A stretch of 64,000 nt of DNA. Source: an uncultured Gemmatimonadales bacterium. GTDB taxonomy: Bacteria > Gemmatimonadota > Gemmatimonadetes > Gemmatimonadales > GWC2-71-9. The number at the start of each line of letters is the position of its first letter. The first letter of the stretch is position 1. Location: assembly GCA_963779755.1 (NCBI GenBank), contig CAVZZO010000001.1, forward strand, positions 1,408,001 to 1,472,000, given 5' to 3'. The position numbers and the translations under genes are program-made. Of this stretch, positions 47,811 through 58,307 are shown piece after piece. The notes under the pieces were generated by a model that was not told the DNA's origin, did no database searches, and saw only the letters and a list, made by a program, of their open reading frames with translations.

Positions 47811-49415
47811 CTAGGCCTTTGGGCCCGCCGCCTTCACGGAATCCGGCACGCCGTCGGCATACTTCGCGAAGTTCTCCCGGAACATCGTTGCCAGCTTCTT
47901 CGCCTGGGCATCGTAGGCATCGTGGTCGGCCCAGGTCTCCCGCGGCGTGAGCAGCCGGCCCGGCACGTCGGGCACGGACATCGGCACCTCGAGGCCGAAG
48001 ACCGGGTCGGTGCGGAAGGCGGCGTGGTCGAGCGCGCCGGACAGGGCGGAGCGGACCATGGTGCGGGTGTAGGGCAGGTTGATGCGGGAGCCGACGCCGA
48101 AGGGGCCGCCGGTCCAGCCGGTGTTCACGAGCCAGACGTGCACGTTGTGCCGCTGGATCCGCTCTCCCAGCATCCGGGCGTAGACGCCAGGATGGCGGGG
48201 CAGGAAGGGCGCGCCGAAGCAGGCGCTGAAGGTGGCGGTCGGCTCGGTGACGCCGCGTTCGGTGCCCGCCACCTTGGCGGTATATCCCGAGAGGAAGTGA
48301 TACATCCCCTGCTCAGGGGTAAGCCGCGCAATCGGCGGCAGCACGCCGAAGGCGTCGGCGGTCAGGAAGACGATGTGCTGCGGGTGGCCGCCGACGCCCT
48401 CGGGCACGTGATTGGGAATGCAGTCGATCTGATAGCTCGCCCGGGTGTTTTCGGTGATTTTCTGGCTGTCGAAGTCCACCCGGCGGGTGACCGGGTCGAA
48501 CTCGACGTTCTCGAGCAACGTGCCGAACATCCGGGTGGCGGCGTAGATCTCGGGCTCGGTGTCGGGCCGCAGGCGGATGACCTTGGCATAGCAGCCGCCT
48601 TCGAAGTTGAACACGCCCCGGTTGCTCCAGCCGTGCTCGTCGTCGCCGATGAGCCGGCGGGTCGGGTCGGCCGAGAGCGTCGTCTTGCCGGTGCCGGAGA
48701 GGCCGAAGAAAATGGCGGTAAGGCCGTCCGACCCGATGTTGGCGCTGCAGTGCATCGGCAGCACCTCGCGTTCGGGCAGGAGATAATTCAGGACGGTGAA
48801 GATCGCCTTCTTCATTTCGCCGGCGTAGCGGGTCCCGCCGATCAGCACCAGCCTCCGGCCGAAATGCAGCACGATGAACGCGCCGCTCCGGGTACCGTGG
48901 ACGGCCGGATCGGCCTGCATCTCGGGGGCGTGCAGGACGGTGAAATCCGGCGCGAAGGAGGCCAGCGTCTCGGCGTCGGGACGCACGAACATGTTGCGTA
49001 CGAACAGCGCGTGCCAGGCGTTCGGCGTCACGAAGCGCACCGGCAGGCGGTACTCCGGGTCGGCCCCGCCGTAGAGATCCTGAACGAACAGGTCCTGCCC
49101 GCCCAGATGCTCACGGACGCTCTGCAGCAGGCGTTCGAAGTGCTCATCGGACAGGGACGCGTTCTTGTCCCACCAGATGTTGTCCGCCGATCCCGGCTCC
49201 CGCACGATGAACTTGTCGTTGGGCGACCGGCCCGTGTGCGGCGAGGTGACCACCGCCATGGCCCCGCCCTGCAGCAGGGCGCCCTCCTCGCGGTGCAGCG
49301 CGTGCTCGTAGAGCACGGCCGGGGCGAGGTTGGCCTGGACCGAACCGGGCTCGAACCCGAGCTGATCGCCAAGGGAGGTTTGCCGGGAGCGGTGCGGGCG
49401 AGTCTGGGTCGACAT
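47811..49415 (-). CDS. pckA: phosphoenolpyruvate carboxykinase (ATP)
   Basis: [45 protein letters not shown]. Confidence 0.97.
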   Translation of the reverse strand: MSTQTRPHRSRQTSLGDQLGFEPGSVQANLAPAVLYEHALHREEGALLQGGAMAVVTSPHTGRSPNDKFIVREPGSADNIWWDKNASLSDEHFERLLQSVREHLGGQDLFVQDLYGGADPEYRLPVRFVTPNAWHALFVRNMFVRPDAETLASFAPDFTVLHAPEMQADPAVHGTRSGAFIVLHFGRRLVLIGGTRYAGEMKKAIFTVLNYLLPEREVLPMHCSANIGSDGLTAIFFGLSGTGKTTLSADPTRRLIGDDEHGWSNRGVFNFEGGCYAKVIRLRPDTEPEIYAATRMFGTLLENVEFDPVTRRVDFDSQKITENTRASYQIDCIPNHVPEGVGGHPQHIVFLTADAFGVLPPIARLTPEQGMYHFLSGYTAKVAGTERGVTEPTATFSACFGAPFLPRHPGVYARMLGERIQRHNVHVWLVNTGWTGGPFGVGSRINLPYTRTMVRSALSGALDHAAFRTDPVFGLEVPMSVPDVPGRLLTPRETWADHDAYDAQAKKLATMFRENFAKYADGVPDSVKAAGPKA

Positions 49416-49451
49416 GTACGTCCTTCCCGCGCCGGGGGGGCGCGTCTGAAG

Positions 49452-51722
49452 TCAGGGGCCGGTCGCTGCCCGGCGGCGGGCGCGCTCCTGCGCGTCCACG
49501 GCCGCAATGACGGCCAGGTTTACGATATCATCCACGTCCGAGCCGCGCTGGAGCACGTGGATCGGCGCCGCCATTCCTACCAGGATGGGGCCGATGGCCT
49601 GAGCACCTCCCAGGCGGCTCAACAGCTTGTAGGAGATGTTGGCCGCGTCCAGGTCGGGAAAAATCAACACGTTGGCCGCCTGCCGCAACCGGGCGAACGG
49701 GTACTGCCCCTTGAGAATGTCGGCCACGACCGCCGTGTCGGCCTGCATTTCGCCGTCCACCTGGAGGTCCGGGCGCTCCCGGTGCAGCCGCCGCACGGCG
49801 TCGGCCACCTTGCGCTGCGCCGGGTGCTGGACCGACCCGAAATTGGCGAAACTGAGCAGCGCCATCTGGGGCTCGATGCCCAGTTCCCGGACGAACTCGG
49901 CGGTGGACATGGCGATCTCCGCCAGCCGGCCGGCATCGGGATCGATGTTCACGCTGCAATCGGCGAAGAACAGGGTACGCTGCTGCAGGACCATCATGTA
50001 GATGCCGGCGACGGCGCGGTCCGGGCTGGCGCCGGCCACCTCGAAGGCAGGACGGATGGCGTTGGGATAGTGGCGGTTCACCCCGGTCACGAAGGCGTCG
50101 GCCTCCCCCCGGGTGACCATCATGGCCCCCCAGTAGGCGCTGTCCCGCATCCGCCGACGGGCCTCCGAGCGGGTGACGCCGCGGCGCTGCCGGCGCTTCC
50201 AGAAGTCGGCGGCGTACTCGTCCAGCCGGGGGTCGCTGGAGGGATCCACCACCGCCATGCCGGTGAGCGCGATCCCCGCCTCCCGCGCCGCTGCCCGGAT
50301 ATCGGCATCGTTGCCCAGCAGAATGGGGCTGGCGCTGCCCTCGTCGGCCAGGATCCGCCCGGCCCGGAGGATGCGGGGGTCCTCGCCATCGCCCAGGGCG
50401 ACCCGGCGCAGATCGGCCGCGGCCCGGTTGCTGAGGCCGCGCATGATGGCGCGCCCCCGGCTCAGCCGGGATTCGAGCCCGGTCCGGTACTCCTCGAGGT
50501 CGATCACCTGCGCGGCTACGCCGCTGGCGATGGCCGCCCAGGCCACCGCCGGCGCCACCCAGAGCAGCACCCGGGGGTCGAACGGCTTGGGAATGAGATA
50601 GTCCCGGCCGAAGCGGAGCGCCTCGACTCCGTAGGCCCGCAGCACCACGTCAGGGACGTCTTCCTTGGCCAGGCTGGCCAGCGCCCGGGTCGCCGCCATC
50701 TTCATCTCTTCGTTGATGGCGCGAGCCCGCACGTCCAGCGCCCCGCGAAAGATGAAGGGAAACCCCAGCACGTTGTTGACCTGATTCACGTAGTCGCTGC
50801 GGCCGGTGGCGATGATGGCATCGGGCCGGGCGGCGTGCGCCTCCTCCGGCGCGATCTCCGGGACCGGATTGGCCAGGGCAAAGATGATGGGGTCGCGCGC
50901 CATCCGGGCGATCATCGCCGGCGTCACCGCTCCGCCCACCGAGAGGCCCACGAACACGTCGGCGCCTTCAAACGCCTCCGCCGGCGTCCGCGCCCGGGCG
51001 GCCGGCGCGAAGCGCGCGCGGTAGGGATCCAGGTCGGTCCGGTCGGCGCGGACCACCCCGTCCTTGTCGCACAAGGTGATGTGCTCCCGCCGCACGCCCA
51101 GACGGATATAGTGCTCCGCGGTGGCGATGGCGGCGGCGCCGGCGCCCATGAAGACGACCCGGATCTCCGCCGGCGCCTTCCCGGTGAGCTCCAGCGCATT
51201 GAGCAGCGCGGCACCGGAGATGATCGCGGTGCCGTGCTGGTCGTCATGGAATACCGGGATGGAGAGCCGGGCGCGGAGGCGTTCCTCCACCGCGAAACAG
51301 TCGGGGGACCGGATGTCCTCCAGGTTGATGCCGCCGACGGTGGGCTCCAGCATGCGGCAGAACTCCACCATCTCATCGACCGTGGGGGCGTTGATCTCCA
51401 GATCGAAGACGTCGATATCGGCGAAGGTCTTGAAGAGGACACCCTTGCCTTCCATGACCGGCTTGGCCGCGGCGGGCCCGATGTCGCCCAGGCCCAGCAC
51501 CGCGGTCCCGTTGGACACCACCGCGACCAGATTGCCGCGGGTGGTATAGCGGTAGGCGTCGTCGGGCCGGTCGCGGATGGCCAGGCAGGGCTCCGCCACC
51601 CCCGGGGTGTAGGCGAGGGAAAGGTCGCGCTGGTTCTGGGTCGGCTTGGTGGGGACGACCTGGATCTTGCCGGGCCGCCCCTCTTCGTGGTACCGCAGCG
51701 CGTCGCGGCGGCGGTCCGTCAC
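49452..51722 (-). CDS. maeB: NADP-dependent malic enzyme with PTA-like domain
   Basis: [50 protein letters not shown]. Confidence 0.95.
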   Translation of the reverse strand: MTDRRRDALRYHEEGRPGKIQVVPTKPTQNQRDLSLAYTPGVAEPCLAIRDRPDDAYRYTTRGNLVAVVSNGTAVLGLGDIGPAAAKPVMEGKGVLFKTFADIDVFDLEINAPTVDEMVEFCRMLEPTVGGINLEDIRSPDCFAVEERLRARLSIPVFHDDQHGTAIISGAALLNALELTGKAPAEIRVVFMGAGAAAIATAEHYIRLGVRREHITLCDKDGVVRADRTDLDPYRARFAPAARARTPAEAFEGADVFVGLSVGGAVTPAMIARMARDPIIFALANPVPEIAPEEAHAARPDAIIATGRSDYVNQVNNVLGFPFIFRGALDVRARAINEEMKMAATRALASLAKEDVPDVVLRAYGVEALRFGRDYLIPKPFDPRVLLWVAPAVAWAAIASGVAAQVIDLEEYRTGLESRLSRGRAIMRGLSNRAAADLRRVALGDGEDPRILRAGRILADEGSASPILLGNDADIRAAAREAGIALTGMAVVDPSSDPRLDEYAADFWKRRQRRGVTRSEARRRMRDSAYWGAMMVTRGEADAFVTGVNRHYPNAIRPAFEVAGASPDRAVAGIYMMVLQQRTLFFADCSVNIDPDAGRLAEIAMSTAEFVRELGIEPQMALLSFANFGSVQHPAQRKVADAVRRLHRERPDLQVDGEMQADTAVVADILKGQYPFARLRQAANVLIFPDLDAANISYKLLSRLGGAQAIGPILVGMAAPIHVLQRGSDVDDIVNLAVIAAVDAQERARRRAATGP

Positions 51723-52381
51723 GGACGCACCGGCACCATATCGGCCGGGATATGATAGATCGCCTCGGCGGTCCGCACATCCCGGGCGCTCAGGTGGGTG
51801 ACCACGGGGTTGGAGTACATGAGGTCGGTGGTGTCGCTGGTATGGTCGAAGAGGCCCAGGCTGTGGCCGATCTCGTGCGCCACGGTGACTTCGAGACAGG
51901 TCTCGAGATCGCCGCCGGGGAGGCGCTGGTTGATGTAGATGTGCATGGGCAGGCCCAGCTGGTGCCGGGTGGCCACGGTATCGAAAACCGTCGCCCCTTC
52001 GCACTCCGGCAGCATGGCCCCGAGGCGCACCGGGGGCACCAGCCCGACCTTGGGCGGGACTCCGGCCCGGACGATGACGTCGGCCAGGCTGGAATCCGCG
52101 ACCAGCACCGCGTCGTACTCCCCATAGAGGAACGCCGCCTTCCACAGGGCGATGCCATCGGAGACGTGCCGAGAGAGGTCGAAAGTATCCTCGGCCCAGA
52201 AGCGCACCGGCAGCGATGCACGCGGCCAGTGGAAGCTGAGCGAGTCGAGACCGCCGGTGTCATTGGGAACGAACAGGCGCCACTCGTACGGAGCGGGGCG
52301 CGCCGGGCCGGCGATGTCGGTGCAGGCCCAGCCCAGCGCCAGGGCGGCGGCCAGGCCGCCAAGGACGAGTCCGCGTCGCAT
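51719..52381 (-). CDS. matrixin/M10-like zinc metalloprotease lipoprotein
   Basis: LGWAC lipobox, HEIGHSLGLFDH, Met-turn DLMY. Confidence 0.8.
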   Translation of the reverse strand: MRRGLVLGGLAAALALGWACTDIAGPARPAPYEWRLFVPNDTGGLDSLSFHWPRASLPVRFWAEDTFDLSRHVSDGIALWKAAFLYGEYDAVLVADSSLADVIVRAGVPPKVGLVPPVRLGAMLPECEGATVFDTVATRHQLGLPMHIYINQRLPGGDLETCLEVTVAHEIGHSLGLFDHTSDTTDLMYSNPVVTHLSARDVRTAEAIYHIPADMVPVRP

Positions 52382-52383
52382 GG

Positions 52384-52977
52384 TCAGAAATACCTCGCGG
52401 CCCCGACCTGGAGGCCGAGCCGGTGAACGTCCTGTGCCTGGGAAAACCCGCGGGACTGGAGCTGGGCGGTGGTGAAGCGGTGATAGGCATAGCGGGCCGA
52501 AGCCGTCCATTCCCACCCGTCGCGCCAGGGCAGCCGGTAGTCCAGCCCGAAGCTGCCCATGAGACGCGTAGGCCCCCCCTGCAGGAAGAGCCCTTCCTTG
52601 CGGCCGGGCCAGTAGGCCAGCAGGCCCACACCCGCGCGCCAGTAAAGATGGCGCAGCATGGCCGGCCCTTCGGCGATCAACTGGATGGAGCCGGTCCGCA
52701 GCCCGCCCAGGTCGGTGGTGACGCCGTTCTCTTCGGCGTGCACCGAGCCCAGGGTGATCGCGGCGGCGATCCCCACCCGGTAGCGCGGCCCGCTGGGAAT
52801 GGTGGCCTCCAGACTCAGCGTCGGCGCCAGGGAGGCCCGGACGTTGACCGGGTTGACGATCTGGTCGGTGACGAGCGTGCTGGACCAGGTGCCGCCGACC
52901 CCGGCGGCGACCCGGGTCTGGGCCGCCACCGGGAGCGGGAGGAGGCCGGCCAGAGCCAGCAGGATGGCTGATCGCAT
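52384..52977 (-). CDS. putative outer-membrane beta-barrel protein
   Basis: Signal peptide, alternating beta-strand pattern, C-terminal aromatic (ARYF). Confidence 0.6.
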   Translation of the reverse strand: MRSAILLALAGLLPLPVAAQTRVAAGVGGTWSSTLVTDQIVNPVNVRASLAPTLSLEATIPSGPRYRVGIAAAITLGSVHAEENGVTTDLGGLRTGSIQLIAEGPAMLRHLYWRAGVGLLAYWPGRKEGLFLQGGPTRLMGSFGLDYRLPWRDGWEWTASARYAYHRFTTAQLQSRGFSQAQDVHRLGLQVGAARYF

Positions 52978-53008
52978 GGGCGGAAGATGGAGACGAGCGG
53001 GAACCGGG

Positions 53009-53896
53009 TCAACGCACCCGGCGGGGGCGGGCATAGGCGCGGAGCCGGCGGAGCATCCGCCGGTCTTCCCGCACCGGGTCGTCGCCCTTGGGCGTCTCCA
53101 GGACCTTGGTGACCCCGGCCAGCCGCGGGTCGGTCATGATGCGCCGGAACGGCGCCGGCCCCAGCGTTCCCTCGGCGATCAGGGCGTGACGGTCACGCCG
53201 GCTGCCCAGGGGCTGGCGCGAGTCGTTCAGATGCATGCAGGAAAGGTGTTCCAGCCCGATGGTACGCTGCCACGATGTCCAGACACCGTCATAATCGTTC
53301 ACCAGGTCGTATCCGGCCGCGTAGAGATGGCAGGTGTCGGCGCAGAATCCGACGCGGTGGCGCAGGTCCTCGGGCAGCAGGTGGCGCAGCTCCGCCAGCT
53401 CCTCGAACCGGCTGCCCAGGGCGGTGCCCGATCCGGCAGTGGTCTCCAGCAGCACACGCACCGGGCCGGGGACGGCGGCCAGGCAGCGGGCCAGACTGGT
53501 GGCATTGCGGCGCAATCCGGCGGTAGGACTATCTATATAGTTGCCCGGGTGCGACACCACCGCCCGGATTCCCAAGGCCTGGCAGCGCCGCAACTCGGCG
53601 GTGAAAGCCCTTGTGGATTGGTCAGTTAGGGCCCTGTCCGGGGAGGCAAGGTTGATGAGGTACGAATCGTGCGCGACCACGTCGGCCAGACGGGTGCGCT
53701 CCAGCTCGTCCCGAAAAGCGTCACAAATGGAACGGTCCAGCACCGGCTCCCGCCACTGGTTGGGAGTCTTGGTGAAGACCTGCATCGCTGTGGCTCCGAT
53801 GGCCGTGCCGCGTGCCGGAGCCCGGTGGACGCCGCCCTGCGTCGAGACGTGGGCGCCCAGTCGTTCGCCGGGGCCCCGGATATCGTTATGGGCCAT
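53009..53896 (-). CDS. nfo: endonuclease IV
   Basis: LGAHVS, HDSYLINL, HPG, LETTAG, DTCH, HLNDS, DRH, LETPK. Confidence 0.95.
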   Translation of the reverse strand: MAHNDIRGPGERLGAHVSTQGGVHRAPARGTAIGATAMQVFTKTPNQWREPVLDRSICDAFRDELERTRLADVVAHDSYLINLASPDRALTDQSTRAFTAELRRCQALGIRAVVSHPGNYIDSPTAGLRRNATSLARCLAAVPGPVRVLLETTAGSGTALGSRFEELAELRHLLPEDLRHRVGFCADTCHLYAAGYDLVNDYDGVWTSWQRTIGLEHLSCMHLNDSRQPLGSRRDRHALIAEGTLGPAPFRRIMTDPRLAGVTKVLETPKGDDPVREDRRMLRRLRAYARPRRVR

Positions 53897-53963
53897 GGCC
53901 GATCCTGCTAGACTCCGGTAGGAGTATGGATACGTCTCGCCCGACCTCAATTTTCCTCTCTCC

Positions 53964-55397
53964 GTGAGCGACCTTCGCCGGCCGCAGGTTCTGCTGTTGG
54001 GCGATCCCTCAGCGCGTCCCGACGGGCTGGAGCGCGTGCTGGTACGGGGCGGATTCCAGGTGACCGAGGCCGACAGTGTTCCACCGGGGCGCCCCTCGGT
54101 CCTGCCCGACCTGGTCCTGATTACCGCCGCCGAGAGCAGCCCGGAACTGGAGGAGGAACTGACCCGGCTCCGGAGCCGTCACTGGGAATCGGTGCCCACC
54201 ATGGTGCTGCTCGGCACCTCCGCGCCGGAGGCCGCCACCCGGGTGCTCAACCAGGGGGCGAGCGACGCGATGACGGCCCCGCTGCATCTGCCGGAGCTGG
54301 TGGCGCGAGCCCATGCCCGGGTGCGGGGGCGCGTCGATCTCCACGGCATGCGGGAGACCAGCGAGCAGCACGAACTGCTGTTCGACATCCTGCAGGAGGC
54401 GTCCTCCAGTCTGCGGGCCGACGAGGTCATCAGTACCCTGGTGCGCCGCGCCGGCGAGGCTCTGGGCGTGGCCCGATGCTCCTTCGTGCTGACGACCGAC
54501 GGCGATCAGCTGGGCCGGGTTGCCGCCGTGTTCGAAAATCCGACCGTGCGCGATCTGCAGGTCGATCTTACCCGCTACCCCGAGATTCAGGAAGCTCTCC
54601 GCACCGAAGCCCCCGTGCATATCGGCGACATCCAGGACGATCCCCTGTTTGCCGCCGCCCGCCAGCAGTGGAGCGAGCAGGGAATCAAGGTCGACGTCCG
54701 CAGTGTCCTGGCCCTCCCGGTGAATCTGCACGGCCGCACCTCGGGGGTCTTTCTGCTTCGTACCGGGCCGGAGGACGAGGCGCTCACCTCCCAGCAGGTG
54801 GCCTTCGCCCGCACCCTGGCGCAGACCACCGGGCGCCTGCTGGAAACCGAGGAGCGCCGCGCCGGCATCTACCGGCGCCAGCTGGCTGCCGCCGCCACCG
54901 ATCCGCTTACCGGCTGCGGCAGCCTCGACGCTCTGGACCGGCGCATCCGGGAGGAATTCGAGCGGGCGCGGCGTTACTCGCTGAGCTTCTGTCTGATCCT
55001 GCTCGACGTCGACGGCCTCCATACGCTGAACGAGCAGTATGGCACCGGAGTGGGCGACCGGGTGCTCACCGAGCTGTGCGGCATTCTCCAGCGCGAGCTG
55101 CGCGCCCCCGATTTCGTCGCCCGCTACGGCGGCGACGAGTTCGCGCTCATCCTGCCCGAAACCGACCTCGATGGCGCCCGACGGTCGATCACCCGGGTGC
55201 GCGAGCGGATCGCGACCCATCCCTTCCCGGAGTTGCCCGATACCGAGCGTCCCCGCCTCAGCGCCGGGATCGTGGCCTTCCCCCATCCCTCGGCGATGCA
55301 GACGGAGGATCTCTTTGCGCTGGTGGAAGCGGCGCTGCTGCGGGGGAAATCGCAGACGGAGGAGCGGATCGGCACGGCGGAGAGCGTGGCGGCCTGA
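53964..55397 (+). CDS. diguanylate cyclase (degenerate REC - GAF - GGDEF)
   Basis: DPLTG, RAPD I-site, RYGGDEF. Confidence 0.9.
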   Translation: MSDLRRPQVLLLGDPSARPDGLERVLVRGGFQVTEADSVPPGRPSVLPDLVLITAAESSPELEEELTRLRSRHWESVPTMVLLGTSAPEAATRVLNQGASDAMTAPLHLPELVARAHARVRGRVDLHGMRETSEQHELLFDILQEASSSLRADEVISTLVRRAGEALGVARCSFVLTTDGDQLGRVAAVFENPTVRDLQVDLTRYPEIQEALRTEAPVHIGDIQDDPLFAAARQQWSEQGIKVDVRSVLALPVNLHGRTSGVFLLRTGPEDEALTSQQVAFARTLAQTTGRLLETEERRAGIYRRQLAAAATDPLTGCGSLDALDRRIREEFERARRYSLSFCLILLDVDGLHTLNEQYGTGVGDRVLTELCGILQRELRAPDFVARYGGDEFALILPETDLDGARRSITRVRERIATHPFPELPDTERPRLSAGIVAFPHPSAMQTEDLFALVEAALLRGKSQTEERIGTAESVAA

Positions 55398-55443
55398 TCC
55401 CGGTGCCCGCAGGCCAGCCGAGGTGTGCACGCTGCCCGGAGAT

Positions 55444-56700
55444 CTATCTCCGCTTCCGCAGCCAGTCGGTCGGATCCAGGGCGATCGACACGTCCCCCTT
55501 GGTACCCCGGATTTCGAAGTAGAGATGCGGCCCCTCGTCGGAGTTTTCTCCCCCCACCGTGCCGATCGCCTGGCCTTTCTGCACCTCCTGGCCCTGCGCC
55601 ACCGAGGTGCTCTCCAGCTGGCCGTAGAAGGAGTAGTAGCCGTTTCCGTGCTGGATCAGCACCGCCAGGCCATAGGTGCCGAGCCGTGTGGCCCAGACCA
55701 CCTTGCCGGACTCGACCGCGTGAACCGGCGTGCCCACCGGGGCGGCGATGCCGATCCCGTTGCGGCGGATCACACCGCCGCTGGGAAGCGTCTGCCGGCC
55801 GTAGTTGTAGACGATCCGCCCTTCGACCGGCCAGTCCAGCTTGCCGATATCGCTGGTGGTGAGTGAGGCGGCGGTGCTGGCCCCGCCGGCCGCGGCATTC
55901 CGCCGGGCGCGTTCCAGGGCCGCCACCACGTCGTTGAGGCGCTGCTCGTCGCGCTCCAGCGCGCTCAGCCGGGCCTCGGTGCTCCGGGCCGACTGACGCA
56001 CCTTTCTGAGCCGCTGGCCGCGCTCATCCGCCAGCGTGCTGTAGTGCTGCAGCTCGTCCTCCCGCTCGGCGCGGCGCCGGCCGAACTCGGAGCGCATGGA
56101 CAGGAGGTCCTGCCGCTGCCGCTGGACCCGGTTTCGCAGTTCCTCGACCTCCGCCAGCAGAGCGCGATCCTGCCGGCTGGTGAGATAGAGATACTTGTAG
56201 CGGCTCAGCAGGTCGCCGAAGGATTCGGCGGTGAGCAGGACCTGGAAGGCGTAGAGCGGCCCCCGCTTGTAGATGTCCACCAGCCGCCGGGAGAGTACCG
56301 CCCGCTTGTCGGCCAGGTTGTCCTCGGCCAGGATCAGGCTGCTGCTTACCGAGTCCACTTCGGTGTTCAGCGTGCCGATCTGCCGCTCCAGCTCGTTCAC
56401 GATGCGGCGGGTGGTTTCCTTCTGGTTTTCAATGTTGCTGAGTTCCTGGTCCAGCGTGTGGGCCTGCCCCTGCAGGCGCTGCTGCTCCTGCTGCAGCCGG
56501 GCCCGCTCCTGCCGGATCTGTTCGATGCGGCGCCGGTTTTCCTCCAGCTGTCGGGAGACATCCTGGGCATGGGCGGGAACGACGCCGGCTGCCAGGACAG
56601 CCAGGAGCGCGACAAGACGGCAAGACGGCAAGACGGCACGGGCGGCCCAGGTGCGTCCTCCCGTCCTCCCGTCCTGCCGTCCTGCCGTCCCGCTAGACAT
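55444..56700 (-). CDS. envC: murein hydrolase activator EnvC (coiled coil + M23 domain)
   Basis: Long coiled coil, WPVEG, NGIGI, HGNGYYSFY, HLYFEIR; follows ftsEX. Confidence 0.85.
   Translation of the reverse strand: MSSGTAGRQDGRTGGRTWAARAVLPSCRLVALLAVLAAGVVPAHAQDVSRQLEENRRRIEQIRQERARLQQEQQRLQGQAHTLDQELSNIENQKETTRRIVNELERQIGTLNTEVDSVSSSLILAEDNLADKRAVLSRRLVDIYKRGPLYAFQVLLTAESFGDLLSRYKYLYLTSRQDRALLAEVEELRNRVQRQRQDLLSMRSEFGRRRAEREDELQHYSTLADERGQRLRKVRQSARSTEARLSALERDEQRLNDVVAALERARRNAAAGGASTAASLTTSDIGKLDWPVEGRIVYNYGRQTLPSGGVIRRNGIGIAAPVGTPVHAVESGKVVWATRLGTYGLAVLIQHGNGYYSFYGQLESTSVAQGQEVQKGQAIGTVGGENSDEGPHLYFEIRGTKGDVSIALDPTDWLRKRR
56613..56693. repeat. inverted octamer arrays (CAAGACGG x3 / CGTCCTSC x4 + CGTCCCGC) inside the envC 5' end
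   Basis: Read directly. Confidence 0.88.
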
Positions 56701-57562
56701 TCCGCAGATGGCGGCCGACGCTCACCAGGCTTCCGAAGAGGCCGATCAGGATCCCGAAGAGCACCAGCACCACGACCTGGCCGGGCCGGAAGAAGACCAG
56801 CTGGTCGAGCGCCCCCGCCTGCCGGCTGCGGAAGAGGAGATAGCCGACATAGACGAGGAGCAGCGACAGCAGCCCGCCGAGCAGCCCCTTGAGGGCGCCC
56901 TCCAGCAGGAACGGCCCCCGGATGAACCAGTCGCTCGCACCGACCAGGCGCATGATGGCGATCTCGCGGGCGCGCTGCAGTACCGTCATGCGGATGGTGG
57001 TGCCGATGATCACCACCGCGACGGCGGCGAAGGCGAGGCCGATCACCCCCACGACGGCCCCGGCCAGGTTCCGCAGCCGGTCGAGCCGCTCCACCCAGTC
57101 GCGTCCGTAGCGCACGTCCTCAACGAAGGGAAAGGCCTTGAGCCGCTCGGAGACGGCGGTGGCGTGGCGGGCGTCGCGGAAACCCGGCTTGAGGCGGATC
57201 TCCAGCGAGGGCGGCAGCGGATTGACCTTCAGATCCTGGAATGCGTCGCGGAACTCGACCAGGTTTGCCCGGGCGCGGGCCAGCGCCTCGTCGGCGCTGA
57301 CATAGGTGACGGTCTGCACTTCGGGGAAGCTCTGGATGTCTTCCGATGCGGCGGCGATGACCTCGGGCGAGGTGCCCCGGAGCAGGAAGGCGACCACCTC
57401 CACCCGTTCTTCGACGCCGCGCAGCGCCTGGCGCAGGTTGATCGCCACCAGGCCGAAGAGCCCCAGCACGAAGAGCGAGAAGGCGATGGTGGTGACCGAC
57501 AGGGTGGAGAGCAGGGGTGCGCGGCGGAACGAGAGCAGCGCTTCGCGGGAAACCAGCCTCAT
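56693..57562 (-). CDS. ftsX: cell division permease FtsX
   Basis: NPLPPS, EIAIMRLVGAS, FIRGPFLLEG. Confidence 0.93.
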   Translation of the reverse strand: MRLVSREALLSFRRAPLLSTLSVTTIAFSLFVLGLFGLVAINLRQALRGVEERVEVVAFLLRGTSPEVIAAASEDIQSFPEVQTVTYVSADEALARARANLVEFRDAFQDLKVNPLPPSLEIRLKPGFRDARHATAVSERLKAFPFVEDVRYGRDWVERLDRLRNLAGAVVGVIGLAFAAVAVVIIGTTIRMTVLQRAREIAIMRLVGASDWFIRGPFLLEGALKGLLGGLLSLLLVYVGYLLFRSRQAGALDQLVFFRPGQVVVLVLFGILIGLFGSLVSVGRHLRNV

Positions 57563-58248
57563 CGCATCGCCTCCGAGGGCTCGTCCCGGCCGCTGTCGAA
57601 GACCACCTCGCCGCTGCGCAGCTCGACGGTGCGGTAGCTGGTCGAGCGGATCAGGTTGAGGTCGTGCGTCGCCATGACCACACAGGTCCCGCCGGTGTTG
57701 ATATCGCGCAGCAGCTGCACCACGCCGCGGGTGGCGCGTTCGTCCAGGTTCCCGGTGGGCTCGTCGGCCAGCAGTACCGGCGGATCGTTCACCAGGGCAC
57801 GGGCGATCGCCACCCGCTGTTGCTCACCGCCGGAAAGCTCCCGCGGATATGCGCCCGCCTTGCCGGCCAGCCCCACCTGGGTCAGCACCCGCGCCACCCG
57901 CGAGGGGATGGCGTCGCGCCGGGCGCCGGTCACTTCCAGGGCGAAGGCCACGTTCTCTTCCGCGGTGCGGTCCTCCAGCAGCCGGAAATCCTGGAACACG
58001 ATGCCCAGGCGGCGGCGCAACCGGGGGACCTCCGCCGCCCGGAGACTTCCCACCGAAAAGCCGGAGACCCGCACTTCGCCCTCGGAGGGGCGGCTGTCGG
58101 CGTACATCAGGCGCAACATGGTGGACTTGCCCGCTCCCGAATGGCCGGTGAGGAAGACAAACTCGCCCTTGCCGATGTGGAGCGACACGTTCTTCAGGGC
58201 GAAGCCGCCCTTGGGGAAGGTCTTGGAGACGTGATTGAAACGGATCAA
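57559..58248 (-). CDS. ftsE: cell division ATP-binding protein FtsE
   Basis: GHSGAGKST, VFQDFRLL, LSGGEQQR, ADEPTGNLD. Confidence 0.93.
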   Translation of the reverse strand: MIRFNHVSKTFPKGGFALKNVSLHIGKGEFVFLTGHSGAGKSTMLRLMYADSRPSEGEVRVSGFSVGSLRAAEVPRLRRRLGIVFQDFRLLEDRTAEENVAFALEVTGARRDAIPSRVARVLTQVGLAGKAGAYPRELSGGEQQRVAIARALVNDPPVLLADEPTGNLDERATRGVVQLLRDINTGGTCVVMATHDLNLIRSTSYRTVELRSGEVVFDSGRDEPSEAMR

Positions 58249-58307
58249 GCGGCGTCAGTCTCGGTGGAACGATTCGATACTACAAGGATGCAGCGGTGGC
58301 CCGGCCC

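Noticed and set aside
46833..51755. 1640-aa plus-strand ORF
   Set aside because: Codon-aligned antisense shadow of maeB, pckA and the HD gene, which share one frame; high GC3 suppresses stops and no motifs are recognisable.
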